A DNA stretch of 63,118 nt, the filler included, from Sphacelaria rigidula (Eukaryota): the NCBI GenBank assembly GCA_964200075.2. It is 8 parts of 8 records of this genome, joined end to end, with 100 filler letters (N's around TTAATTAATTAA, not from the genome) between each part and the next. Parts side by side here need not be neighbours in the genome. Positions count along the whole stretch, not along the records: positions 23,710 to 31,511 come from CAXNAA020013410.1; positions 31,612 to 39,413 come from CAXNAA020013411.1; 6 more parts are not named here. One strand, 5' to 3'. The notes under the pieces are model-generated. The model saw only the letters and a list, made by a program, of their open reading frames with translations. It was not told where the DNA came from and made no database searches. The position numbers and the translations under genes are program-made. Shown here piece after piece: positions 26,701 through 39,513 of this stretch (position 1 is the stretch's first letter; the number at the start of each line of letters is the position of its first letter).

Positions 26701-27299
26701 TTGCATGACTATCGTAGTCTCCTGTCTGCATTGAAGTATGCCGCGATACGGTACTGTCTGTATGTATTGGCCATGTACAAAAAGTAGCTGGGTCGGCTGC
26801 CTGCTATGCGTATATGTGATGATGTGAACGACTGCTGCTCTTTAGCCACTAGCTGATGGCGGTTTGTCTCTACATGTGTGTGAGGGCTAAGGTGCTATCC
26901 GTGTGTGTGGGCCATGATGCTGTTCGTGTGCGTGGGCCATGATGCTGTTCGTGTGCGTGTCGTACCATGTGCTGTGCGTGAACCGTGTGTGGGCTCCCTT
27001 GTCCGGGGATGCTTTCAAAAATGCGTTAGTCGGACCGACGGGTCTGCTCAAACGTGCTCCGGAACTGGTTCTAGTTTGGGGGTACGTTCAGGGAATCTGC
27101 ACGTGGGGGTAGAAATACGGCGGCCGGTGTGGCATGAGCCCAAGCACTCAAGTCCCCGGGCCAGGGTACCAGTACTGCACCAGCACCCCTCGCTATGATG
27201 GCAACATGAGCATTAACGTCACCGTCACAACGCCACCACTAGCAGCAGTAGCGGTAAACAAATACATGAGCGGTGATATCATCAAGGAAGCGGTACTTA
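23710..27299. repeat. Nested inverted/direct repeat (foldback) complex
   Basis: Hairpins 23977-24240 and 24413-25315; inverted pair 25316-25860 / 26510-27127; outer pair 24247-24412 / ~27135-27299; direct repeat starting at 23710 and 24412. Confidence 0.93.
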
Positions 27300-27529
27300 A
27301 TTTGAAAGGGGAAAGGAGAGGGCACAAACGTGCACACATTTTGTGTCAGAGGAGATCCCGACTGACAACAACAGTGAGCACACGATCTCGTCAAAACGCG
27401 GCCGCATACGGGGCAGTTGATCGTTGCAAGTTACAGCGGACTGCGAAGTGTGACCAGCAGCTGGCATACAAACTTGATATGGGGAACAAAAACCACCTTC
27501 CAGCCGTCAACATGGTGGGAAGGCATGCG

Positions 27530-27670
27530 GGTAGCATACGAGACATGGGGTTCAATCAATGAGAAAATGTTGGCCGTTTGAGCAGATGGGCACCTTCCCC
27601 TTGATCAGAAGATTAACACGATATGAGGATCATGGCCCAACTCGTCTATGTCGACGAGATATTGTTTTGA
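27530..27670 (+). pseudogene. Possible very decayed Copia reverse-transcriptase fragment
   Basis: Same frame reads IRDMGFNQ ... LVYVDEILF (cf. GF..LLYVDDIL) but with several stops between. Confidence 0.25.
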
Positions 27671-28683
27671 GAGTTGAAATCTGTTTCTAGGCTAGCCCAT
27701 CTCGTATATACTCAGTAGGGTAGAGGCATATGCCAGTAGACTGCCCAGTGCGTCAAGGTGCGCATACCTTTGCTGGTTGGATTGACCAGATTGCCCGCTG
27801 TACACACAAAATGAAGAAAACAATCCTTGCTGATTAGATCGATCATGCTGTTATACTCTACACTTTCCGACGAAAATACAACTGAGAACAGACGTATCTG
27901 GTACCCACTACTGCTGCTCATCACCCGATCGATCGCCTCGACGTACCGACGACAGCCCAGGCATACCCCGTGGACCAGGAACCTCTTAAAATATGGCGCA
28001 ACCATCCCTCATATATATGCTGGACACGTGGAATAGTGTGATACGGGCACAACCAGATTCCACCTTCTGTTGGAAACTGACTCCGTTTTTTCAGGAAAGC
28101 ACAACGTCTTCTGAAAATGAACCCTTTCAAGACCGGTTCGTAACGATGGGGTATGTTCCAGAACTTCACATCCGTCTTTCACCTGGGGGGAAAATGGGGG
28201 GCATCGGCACATTCATGCTGAAACGTTTCGGCTTAATCTTCAACTTCACATTTCATCACATGGTATTATGCAAGCACGGCATGTGCCCCATATAGCCCCC
28301 CTAGCCCATCCCCCCGATAACAGCGAAATCTCATCTACACGCAGTGCAGTCGTAGTCTAAGCAGTATCGGGGCTGACTAGCGATCACGAGACATTGAACT
28401 GAAGATACAAGGATGACGCTGCAAGACGTTGAACGCCTCGCTAGTTCGCGAGCGCGAACGTTGGGAATATTTTTCAATATATCGGTTGATTATTCAGATC
28501 TTCCCAACATTTCCCGGTAATCCGTGGGGTGGCGTGCGGTGGCCGTGCCCCAGGTCTGTAGTGGAGGCGTTTCCTGTGCGCTGGGTGCCATGAGGCCCGT
28601 TATTCACCACGAATTTTAGATCCGGTACCGATCACGCCACCGTTCCTCACTATTTCATCTTCCCTTGAAAAATAATCACTGAC

Positions 28684-28761
28684 CTCGATGATGTAGCTGG
28701 GTAAGAGGCTGCTGCGAAACTCAAGGAGAAGAATGGTCACCCCGAATATGAACATATACGC
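28684..28761 (-). CDS. Internal exon of a membrane protein, possibly COPI-associated/TVP15-like
   Basis: tttgcag|AYMFIFGVTILLLEFRSSLLPSYIIE|gtcagt; 78 bp, phase 0-0; family call from motif recall only. Confidence 0.5.
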
Positions 28762-29459
28762 CTGCAAATACGCACAATGAATCAGCAATACGCGTAAAAC
28801 GGCAAAACGCACGAGAGGTCGTTACGTGAATCTAGAAGCTAGAGTTGGGGAGAGAGCTAAATCGGCCGGCAGCGAGCGAAAATACAGACATCAAAGAGAC
28901 AGGATGGGGTCAGAAGGAGAATTCACAGCACAAACACAAGCAGTAAGCGGTACGAAGCACATCACCCCCATGAATGAATTAACACCCGCGGGCGATGACA
29001 TTTCGCCCCTTCTTGGCACTATGCCGATATCAACAGTTTTGTACCGGTACGTGCAGCATATCCATCACCTCGAAAATCCACGCCCGGGTGATAGTTTTCG
29101 GATACCAACAAATTTATCCCCGGGCTATCTCGACGAAGTACCGTACTACCCGTTCGGGAATACCGTCCCTTGGAAAACACCCCAAAGTAAGAAGATGTAT
29201 AGGCTACTTCCGGCGAAACACTGCACATCACCCGTGGCATGCGTATACCACCTCCTAGGAGAACATCTGCGGGTGTTGGATAAGTTATCGAGCCCCAGGT
29301 GGTCACTACCGGGGGGTGGGGGGGGTGATATACTCGAAATCTAGGAAAAGGAACCGAAAACACGCCAAGGGTAGCAGTTGCATAGGCGAAGATAATCATA
29401 ACGGCGCTCTTTGATTATTATATCAATACACGTGCGCCTCAGAATCGTAGTGTTCCACT

Positions 29460-29879
29460 GTGGCGAGTTTATTCTTCCATCATCTTGTGCACTACCGGCT
29501 CCTCCTGCGAGTCATCGGGTACCGCCGAGTGCGCGGCACATACCGACAGCTGTCGTATGCACAAACCCTCAAGAAGACGGGATGCCCAAGTGCCGAAGCC
29601 ATCGTCCGGCAACGACGACTGCTGTTCGCGGGAGCCCTGGCTAGGCAACTGGATGGGCGATTACCGACGCGAATAGTATTCGAAACACTAGTCCGAGGGG
29701 AGGATCCAGGACCAGGGTGCCCGGAACTAAACTGGCATGAGTGCCTGAGAGACGATCTCCACGCTTTCGGAGCCGCAGGCGGCTTTACGGACGACAACGG
29801 CCAGACATCCGGAATTGAACGCGCCCCATGAACCTCAGCAGCAAATAAGGAGGGGGGGGGGGGGGGGGGGGGGCGGGGG

Positions 29880-29926
<47 letters not shown>

Positions 29927-30533
29927 GTGCCGTGGCACGCGGGAGTGCTGCAGGGAGCGGAGAGGTTCATGACCTCATGGCACAGAAATGAAGAGGAGGC
30001 TAGCCGACTGCGTGCGATTACACGGGAGACCAACGAGGCCCAAATAGCACAGCAATGACGACGGTGCAGAGAAGGGGGGGGGGACCCCCCCGATGAGGGG
30101 TGTCGTTATGTCATGCAGTGCTTGCCTTGATACACCTGGTATGCGTGTACGTATGGCTGTCCCTCGACAGGTCGAAAAATGGAACTTTGCGATCCTTATT
30201 TCTTTGGTTGGCGGTATTTGGGGCCTTGAGTATCGCCCGTAGTCGGACCCTATATTCATTTTTACTTGGCGTCGCGCGTCGAGTTGGAAAGCCGATTGCC
30301 ACCCCCTGAAGTCCGCATGGCCACCTGCGGCACCGGATCTTCAGAGGGCAGCCATATGTATACTCTTTATTTATTACTCATCCCTGTTTTGCTTGTATCG
30401 CGGTTTGTGAGACTTATCTAGGTCTATTTTGTTTTGTTCGTGTTTTTGCTAGCCTGCGACCACGGAAGGCGTCCGCATCAGATGCCGAGTACGAATGTAC
30501 TGCGCAGATACCGGAACGGTTTTCAATGTAAAG

Positions 30534-30577
<44 letters not shown>

Positions 30578-30606
30578 GACGACGACGACGACGACAACAA
30601 CAACAA
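29460..30606 (+). mobile_element. RTE-clade non-LTR retrotransposon 3' fragment with probable 3'UTR and (AAC)n tail
   Basis: RQRRLLFAGALARQLDGRLPTRIVF..GCPELNWHECLRDDL fits the RTE C-terminus; poly-G 29852-29925; (AAC)n/(GAC)n 30534-30606. Confidence 0.8.
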
Positions 30607-31475
30607 TCGTTTTGCATGTGGATCTTGAGACGGCAATCGGACGAGCCGATTTTGTTTCTGGTCGAGAAAAACATTCACAAAAGACAACGGGCACACAACA
30701 GGTGATACCCACACCCAAAGGCCGCGCATTAATAAGAGACCAGCTTTGCCGAAACACCCTCATCCCGCGCAATCGTGCGTGCCGGGGAGCTATGCACCAT
30801 GACGGCTCACATAACGAGTTCTGGATCCAAGCAAAACATAATGCGCTGCAACCGGGAGTTGCCGCAGCACTTCCGCTGTTCAGTGTGACGAACGGTAGGG
30901 GCAACGAGGAAAAACAAAAACGCAGGTGCATATTACCAGAAAAGCATACGACACACAACGCGAAGCTCTCGTGAATTAGCTCCAGGGTTTAGCCCGTACC
31001 TAGCTGCCAACGCCATCTCTGGTGTCAGACGAGTCTGCTGAACATCCCGCGAGATACGACAACTTTGCGCGCGCTACTGGGCGAGTGTACGACTGTCGTC
31101 GGTTGGTTTCTCGACTGCATAGATGCGACCGCGGCGCACACACGGACACAGATCGGGGCCGCATGGTGAGTGGTACATATGACACGCGGAAAGTCGGATA
31201 ATCAGAGAGGTCAGCTCAGCAACTGCCATCCCTCCACGAGGATGTTTTCCGAGGGCGACGAATCGCTCGAGCAACTCTAAAAAATCCGCGGTGGCGACGC
31301 ACGTGGACGATACAGTCAGGCATGACCGACACCTCGGAGCCGATGGAGACAACAAATAAGTTGCACGCGCTCAAAGGGGATTAATCTGGATGGACAAAGG
31401 GAGAGTCAATCCGAACACATCACGGACAGCGAGGGCAAACCTGCTTAGAGACCTAGCGTACATCTTCCGTGAGGG

Positions 31476-31511
31476 ACACTTTCTACGATAGCCCTCCCCC
31501 AAAACCAGCTA
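31476..31511. mobile_element. Left TIR of a GAC..GTC MITE cut by the contig end
   Basis: GACACTTTCTACGATAGCCCTCCCCC. Confidence 0.7.
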
Positions 31512-31611
31512 NNNNNNNNNNNNNNNNNNNNNNNNNNNNNNNNNNNNNNNNNNNNTTAATTAATTAANNNNNNNNNNNNNNNNNNNNNNNNNNNNNNNNN
31601 NNNNNNNNNNN
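31512..31611. other. Artificial contig spacer
   Basis: Same 100-bp linker. Confidence 0.98.
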
Positions 31612-32183
31612 TTACCAGACACATTACCAAAATAAAGAAAAAATAAAATAAAATAAGAAGAGCGACGCCACGAAAACCGGAGAGAAGTAGCTCCCCCGAG
31701 TTCAACGGAGAGAGAAAAGAAAGAAAGACAAAACAAACAAACAAACAAACAACAAACGCCAGATCTGTCAGAAGTGTACACCGAAAGAAAGGAAGTACTG
31801 TACTATAAAACGGTCCCTCCGATTTTCAGTTCGCGAATTTGAGGTCCCCCGATGTTTTCAAATTTGGGGTCTCAAAAAAAATCGAGATTCGTCGCCATAA
31901 TAGTTGGTATTTTTCTCAGACATATCTTGATAACCGGGCCGGTACTGTATCGCACAAAGAACGCCCCGGGTAGTGTCAGCGTCTCTCAAGCTGCAGCAGT
32001 AGTTGACTGACGAGGGGTGAATCAAACATACGCACGAACACCCTAAAATCTAGCTGTATCACGTTGTATGGCGGCAAAAAATATATGTGTTAGTTTTCGG
32101 TATCAGCAACAACGTCGTTGGTTCACGGAGGAGCGGAGTGGTGTGTTATTGTGGGCCCAAGGAACAAAATTCAAGGACACTGC

Positions 32184-32386
32184 AATGCGTGAGAGGATCG
32201 CGTGCCTAGAGGATTGCATCGGAATTTGAACATCCCCATGGTTAGGGTGAGGGTTAGGGTTAGTTGGGGTTGTGGTCAGGGGCGTGGTACCTGCAGGGAC
32301 TGGTCCGATTGGTTCAGAAAAACATCGATCCTGAGGTGTTTTGAACTACGACGCGGTCCTCTAAGCACGCGGTCCTCTCACGCATT
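32184..32386. mobile_element. MITE with ~50-bp imperfect TIRs enclosing TTAGGG-like repeats
   Basis: AATGCGTGAGAGGATCGCGTGCCTAGAGG / CCTCTAAGCACGCGGTCCTCTCACGCATT; TTAGGG TGAGGG TTAGGG TTAG at 32242-32263. Confidence 0.7.
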
Positions 32387-33245
32387 AAAACACCCTGTGG
32401 ACCATCTCTGGAAATAATTCGGTCGAACGCGTTGTGGCCACATACGTGGATCCGAGATTACATCTGCGTGGCCACACCCGGATCGCGCTCTACTGTTACC
32501 CAACTCCGACAGTGCTACGTTGCACGCTCTGAGCACGCATTGTCCATAGTACCCCGCCACTGTGCACGAGGAGATACTACGAGTGTGTGCCATGCTGTTG
32601 CGTTTCGTGCAAAATCCGATAAGCGTTGTCGCGCTCCACATTCAACAGCGCCGCAAAATGTACACGCCACACACAAGTCGTCACGCGTTTTCTCTGGAAC
32701 AAGAAATCTTGACCAGGATTACTGCTGACGACGATCTAAATTCTGTGATAGCTACAACATTCAAAGGCGCCCCATCCGTTGTTGCATGTAAGGCTCTTGC
32801 GATGATCATGCGGGCGCTGTCCGCTCGATTTAATCCTTCGCGTAAAACCAAGATTTCATGTCTGTGCACCTCACCGTGATGTACTGTCTGCACGTACAGG
32901 TAGCACTACTTCTGCTGCACGGCACGCCGCACAGTACTGAGTATTTTTGAAAAAATAACGAGATCCTCCATGGCGATGGAGTAGGCTGACCACTGCTACT
33001 GTACAGGTACTGTATGACTTTTGCCATGTAATCGCGTGTTCAGATACGCGGATGAAACGGAGAAGGGGAGTTAGGGGGCTTCAATTGGGAGCGGTTCTAA
33101 CCTCGCCAGCATGCACCATTGAGCTCCATCGCTACGACGTAGCCGCCCTTTCAACAGGTCGCGGAGCAGTACATTTAGTATAATGCATTTTGGTGTATGT
33201 ATTGCCGGTTCGGTCTAGCGCAATAAACCTGATGCCCATGCACAC

Positions 33246-33356
33246 CTGTTTGTGCTCGCCCTCTCTCAAGGCAAGATTGCTTCCAGCCTCCTTCATAAAC
33301 AGCAAGCGCTCATGTGCGTCGGCGCCGTTTGTGTGTCTCTCTCTGAATGTTGTGGA
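33246..33356 (-). CDS. Candidate internal exon, unknown protein
   Basis: cattcgcag|STTFRERHTNGADAHERLLFMKEAGSNLALREGEHKQ|gtgtgc; 111 bp, phase 0-0; no recognisable homology. Confidence 0.25.
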
Positions 33357-36300
33357 CTGCGAATGAATGCACCAGTCCCAAGCCTGAATCTTTGACATCG
33401 GCAGTTACCGTTTGCGGTTTCGACAGGCAAAGATATAGTTCGAAGTACAGTATATACTATGGAAAATGACCACCATGCACGAGATGTTCTGCACGAGACA
33501 AACTTTGCATTCGTATTCGAAATAATTTTGGTCGGGTACAGTTTCTTCGTTGAAAATATGTATACGCCGAAGACGGCCATCATAAATGCAAAAAACAAGG
33601 AGGGGGGCATGGAGGTGGAGCAGAGTCGCGTGTGTACCCACCTAGTTGACGTGGCGGGTCAACATCGCGAATGACTGCATGAGGTATAATTTATACCTCG
33701 GTATATTAGACTTGATCCCTCGGACCCGCGGTCACCAGTACGCTTGAAACCGCCTTTTTTCAAACGCGAGGCGTGTCGAATAAAAGGTGGAAGTCATTCC
33801 GAGGCGTCAATATGCACCTAGCCCTCTTTTCAGGCGTAAAACGACGGAGAAGGACCGAAAAAGCAGTTTCAACCAGGAAATTTGAACGGCCCCCACCCAT
33901 TAGAGGCGTCTCAGATTCCCCTGTTTGTAGCCGTGCGTGAAGATCCGTGACGATAGTTGATAGCACTCTAAATTGCACGCCGAATTTCGGCTTTGTTCCC
34001 GAAGTGTACCTCATTATTTCAACCCCAACTGCGGCTAGGTTGAAGAAATGCCCATGCTTCGGTATAGAGAAACAGCCACGTGGCTCAAGGGATACCGGCG
34101 TAAAGTATAGAAATCAACTGTGATTATCCTACAACTTGGAGTTCCTACCGAGAGCATGAAGAAAACTTGGGAAGAAGCAATGCCGGGAAACAAACTTGTT
34201 TCTAACAATTCCGGGGGGGGTGCGGAAATCACGAAAAAAAAATTGGACAATTTCGGGCACTAATCTTGTTTTCAAAACGGCGCGTCCATGTTTTACGAAA
34301 ATCCGGGGACAACACCATCCCTGGACCACCCCATATCCCTTCATATTTCGAGAGCGTGACCCACTACAATACACGGTATGTTCCAGGGATATTTGTTCCG
34401 AACGAGGTCTCTTAAAGTTCCACGCCACGTGAAATTAACGTGGGAGACAAGTGTCTTCGAATTTGAATGGGTAAGGGGTATCTGCTTCCCACATGTCACT
34501 GGGGTCATGCCTCACCGGCGCTTCGGCGATGAGCTGTGGTTGCCATCTCTTCCTTGCAACGTTTGGATTATAACAAAATCGAATTTAGCCAACTCAGTGC
34601 CCATATGCGTGTCATGTTTGCTACCAAACACACCGTGAGCTTCCTTGACATTATTCTGCTCAGTAAATATCGTCATCGGCGCATCAACGCTGTGTTATAA
34701 ACTACTTGGATTTCGGCTTGCCTACGGGTTTACTCGATCCGATTTTCCTTGAGTTCAACACCCTATACAAGCAAAATAAATGGCACATAGTAGTCCGTCC
34801 TACCCTGAATACCCCCCCCCCCCCCCCCCCCGAAACGTGGTCGACCTGCAAGCATACGTACTGCTGCGTGACCATAAAATCGGGATATGGTGTACCTCCC
34901 CGAACGATCTTGTCTTCGTAAAACGGAAGTACCGACCTTGACAATTTTCACTAAAATTGACCAAAAGCCGCCAAGAGATGCGGAGCCACAAACACTGCAC
35001 AACTAGAGAGCCGTGCCTACTGTACATTCAAAACTTGGTACTTACAAAAATCGAAAATAGCCATAAAACTGCTGTGTACAGGTAAACATGACGCGTCAAG
35101 TACGTACGGAAACACACCCGAAACTCCACCAGCTACATACGATACGGCACGCGACTACACAAAGGTGCACGCCGCACCACGATACTCTTAGAATACAACA
35201 ACGGCCATCCAAAGTGCGGATACTCAAACCCCCCATAGAATGCGGGCATGAATAACGCATGTGCGTGCAGCTTTCAACATGATCACACATGAAGTACACA
35301 CCGAGCAGTAACACATGGTTAGACTCGTACGTGAACACATATGTCTCCCATGGATGAATGTCACCCGTCGATCAAGGATTTTCATCTCATCAAATTTCTG
35401 CGCCAAACCGTTTTGGCCATCAGAATAAATGCGGGGACGTCTGTCCTTCTTTCTTTCTCCCTCTCTCTTCCAACTGATCTCCCTAGGCGGCGACCACTCC
35501 AATCGTGAACCGGAGAACTTTGCACAAAAACGTGAAAAAATAAGAGGGCAAAAACGAAAAATCCCTGCCGAGGAAAGCAGCAGAACAGGTACAGTAAGTC
35601 GTGCCTGCCAGCTGCGACTGTCTACAAATACCCCGCCCACAAAGACACACGATCAAAACAACAAGGGGGAAGATATCAGTACTCGGCGACAACAACTTGC
35701 CGCACGACATGGACTCATCATACATGGCAACCCGCACATTTCGGCCAGTTCAGGGGAAAGCTCTTTTGCTTGGGGAACATTCACCAGCTTCTTCGCAACT
35801 GCAGAGCCACGGTACGCCAGGGTACGTTTCGAGCTCTAACCCCGAATGCCGAACACTCGGTACAGCTTTCGAAAAACCTTGCACAATCCTCGTAGAAATC
35901 GGCGGCCTCAATCTCTTCTGTGACGATGGCCGAAATGTTCCAGAGCCAGAAGGAGTCCTGGGCCAGAACACCAAGCGGAAGGACAGTGTCCACAGTAGAA
36001 CGCGGTCGTACCCGTTGTGATGAGCTGAAGCGCCACCGCGTCGTGTACACCATCGCCATCGGCGGGGAGGGAAGAAATCGGCAACAACTTCAGGTTACTT
36101 GTTTTGCGGAGCACTTGTGATCCGGCACGTACATGTTAGGGAGATTCGAAGTAGACCGCACTACTGAAAGACGCATCGGAGCTTTCGACTGTACAAGAAG
36201 ACAGACGACCGCCAGACCACAGACTGACTGCTACGGAAGACGTGTCCTCTAGCCGTGCACACAAGGCAAAGCACATAGCACCACAAACAAAGAATGAAAT

Positions 36301-37059
36301 CGAAGGGGAAAATGTCCGCACAGAAATCATCACGAGATTGAGGAGGAGGTGGACGAACACTAACACAGTCGAATACAGCAGTACCCGTTGATACCACACA
36401 AGAATCCACCAAACAAACACACAATACCAGCGGTAATGCCGCTACAAACTATTTCTCCCAAAATTGCCCCAACACAAAAATCAAACGGGCGGTCAATAAA
36501 AGACAAGTAATACATATCAACCGACTATAAATCACAGCACGGGTCGACGTTGCCTCAATGTCTGCGGCGGGCCTCCCCCCCATCCCTCATCCTCACTACT
36601 CAAGTCACTCAGCGAGTTCACCGGAGTCATTTCAGGCCCCACACCACCCCCACAATCGACACTACTGCTCTTTTCAGACCCGCAGTCCGCCTGCGATGGT
36701 GGCTGCAAATCCACGGTGGTGACCATCCAAGATATTGTCGCTCGCGGCTTCCCGCCCTTCACCGAAAAGCTGAATCCCCCGCCGTTTGCGGAGCTTATGG
36801 CACATATTTCTTCCGACACGAATAGTCCGGGCATGGCGGCCCCGATGGGGGTGAGCTGGTAACTGTACATTGCACCACCCGCAGCTGGCGCCTTTGTGGC
36901 ACGAGGGGCAGCGCGCGGGGGGAAAGGTATGGTATATGATACAAGTGCACAGATGAATGGCGCTACACGGCAGGGTTGCACCATTTTTCTTTGAGATTGG
37001 AAGTGTTGGACAGCCTCTACCTCATCCAACAAACGACTCGACCCTTTCGGTACTGGCAA

Positions 37060-37696
37060 TGGACAAGTGTGGGCTTCGAGGTGCTGTTTGTAGAACGACA
37101 TATACATGGTTTGAATATTTACAGCTTTCACGCAAAACTTTTATAGCCCGAGGCATGTTTTTCAGACCCGAATAAAAATGACCCCCAGTGCCGCCCGAGG
37201 CTCAGTATATAGAAAATAGAGAGGTGGTGCCGGTTTTCGTTTGTTTAGACTTCAGGCACGCAAGTGCCGATTTTGGCTGCGTGCACAAACTTGAACAAAC
37301 TTGACCCGCTGCGTCCCTCACTGGACTGATCCGACCGCACCGGGGTGACATTTTTCGTGTGCGCATGACGTAAGCTGGTGGATTCTTCTGTGGCCTTCCA
37401 CCGTGAAAATGGTTGTCGTCGGTCTTTCCTGTTCCCATACTTTCTTCTTCGTCGGGGCTTGAAATAGTAAGGCGTCTGGCCCGGGGCGGAAGGGGAGGGT
37501 TCCCAGAGGGTTACATGAAAATGTGAGAGCATGCCACGATGAGCATTTCAATGTGCTACGGATATATCCTGAATTGATTTGGAAAAGAAATTGAAGATTA
37601 TCACCCATACTCTTGCTCAGCTAGCTCCTGACATTGAGACCCCCTGAATGAGAAAGATCTGGGCCCGGAGGCGCAACCCCTACCGTAGCATGACTC
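37060..37696. mobile_element. Dispersed repeat followed by a Sola2-like terminus
   Basis: 37060-37510 homologous to 46750-47190; terminus CCCCTACCGTAGCATGACTC ends at 37696. Confidence 0.6.
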
Positions 37697-38213
37697 AGAC
37701 ACAAGTAGCCTGGGCATGCAGCTTGTTTATACTGTCAGCTTGAGGTGAGGTGACGCTTGAGGTGACGGTATGCCCAGGGGCCAAAAATAATTCCCGAGGT
37801 CAAAGCGACTCGTGTCAGCCACCAAACATATCTACCGGACAGAATAAAAACCCCTGAGCACGCGCGGGCAAGTACACAATATCGCAATGCATCTTCTGGA
37901 CCTAGCTTTACTTAGACTAGTTTGATATCCGTACCGAAACTGACGGCGTGGCTAAACTTCAAGAGACGTGTACACGACACGTGGCAAAGCTATCGATTGA
38001 ACCAGCTTGAAAGCGGAGTCATTCGCATGCTCAGGTCGACGAATAGCCGGTGTAACGTAATAGCCAACAACAAGGTACACCCGGAGAACACACGGGACAC
38101 GGGGCACGGGACATACTGTTTGAACAGCACGTGCGAGAAAAATCATAAGGACAACTTTTTATATAGTGGTATAGTGGATGTAGACTGGAAGTGGTGTGGA
38201 AGCAAGCTCTCAA

Positions 38214-38311
38214 CCCCTAGACCACGAGGGTAGTCTATCTAGATCATCAAAACCTTTCATAAGTGAAATTGATGCCGATTCAACAGATGATCTATCCTCG
38301 CGGTCTAAGGG
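38214..38311. mobile_element. piggyBac-type MITE
   Basis: TCAA|CCCCTAGACCACGAG...CTCGCGGTCTAAGGG|TTAA. Confidence 0.75.
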
Positions 38312-38531
38312 TTAAGGCTACAAGCAACTGAAAAATGGATAACTCGGAAACCGCACCAACACAACGGGCACGTGCGGGGCAACAGATTCATCGCCACGCC
38401 ACAACAAGAAAAATGGAAGAATTCCCGCGGAACAAGCACAATGTAAGCAAGCATCATAAGATAGCAACAACATGAGCAACAGCAGCAACCCTAGTGGTAG
38501 CATCACAGCAACACAAAACGCCTCATCATAC

Positions 38532-38756
38532 CTCGAAAAACGGTAACTTGATATTCGCCTGACCCCTGTCATCCAGCGCGGCATTCCCGTGCCATGACGG
38601 CGGTATTCTTCTGTTCCCCCACCCTGTACCGTCATTCTCCAACGACTTGATTACACCGCACATCCCGGGGTCTTCAGCAGGACCCAGTAACCGTCGCTTC
38701 GCGAAGAACAGAGCAAATAGTCCCAGCAGAGAGCCCATGTACATGATCAGTACTAC
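38532..38756 (-). CDS. Internal exon of an unidentified membrane protein
   Basis: CTGAC branch-like motif plus C/T tract, cag|VVLIMYMGSLLGLFALFFAKRR...NIKLPFFE|gtatga; 225 bp, phase 0-0; hydrophobic helix followed by KRR. Confidence 0.55.
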
Positions 38757-39413
38757 CTGAGTGCCGAGGGCAGGTCAGGATTGAGGACGCGGTTAGCTAA
38801 AAGTTCGATTGATTCGATTTGACTGTTGCACTTTACCCCGTGGGGAACTGAAGTGCTGATTCTTGTTATGTCAATCTCTGTGAATTGCATCATCTTGACT
38901 TGAAAATGACTGAAAATGATGCCGATTCACAAAAACAAAAATCAGCAGTCCCTGGGGGTCTAGTTCCCGAAGAGTTAATTGACCCCCAGGGATCCAGCCG
39001 TGGTCGCATGACAGACGTACCCGAGACAAAAAAAGACTGAAACACTCGCTAAATGAAGAAAACAGAAAAGATAAAACAGAACAACAGAGTTGTAGACTAA
39101 GAAAATAAGAGAAAAAAAAAGGACAACAGAAAGAAAAACGCATATATATGTATATATATATATATATGTGTGTATGGATGACCGGCCTCTGCTCAAAGGC
39201 TCTGGAAATACGTACTGCGACAATGCATATGGTGTCAACTGCCTCCGCGCACACACCGTATCCCAACATGCCCACACTCAGGGTGTAGACACATTACACT
39301 GCTTGTAGCGCAGGATATGCCCGCACTCAGGGTGTTGACATATTATACTGCTGCATACAACAGGGGTGGGTGTGCCTGATGGGCACCGCGCTGACCCAAC
39401 TCTAGTACCACAC

Positions 39414-39513
39414 NNNNNNNNNNNNNNNNNNNNNNNNNNNNNNNNNNNNNNNNNNNNTTAATTAATTAANNNNNNNNNNNNNNNNNNNNNNNNNNNNNNN
39501 NNNNNNNNNNNNN
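39414..39513. other. Artificial contig spacer
   Basis: Same 100-bp linker. Confidence 0.98.

Noticed and set aside
29852..29925. Poly-G tract as a functional G-quadruplex or polyproline ORF
   Set aside because: Homopolymer inside a dead LINE; length unreliable in assemblies.
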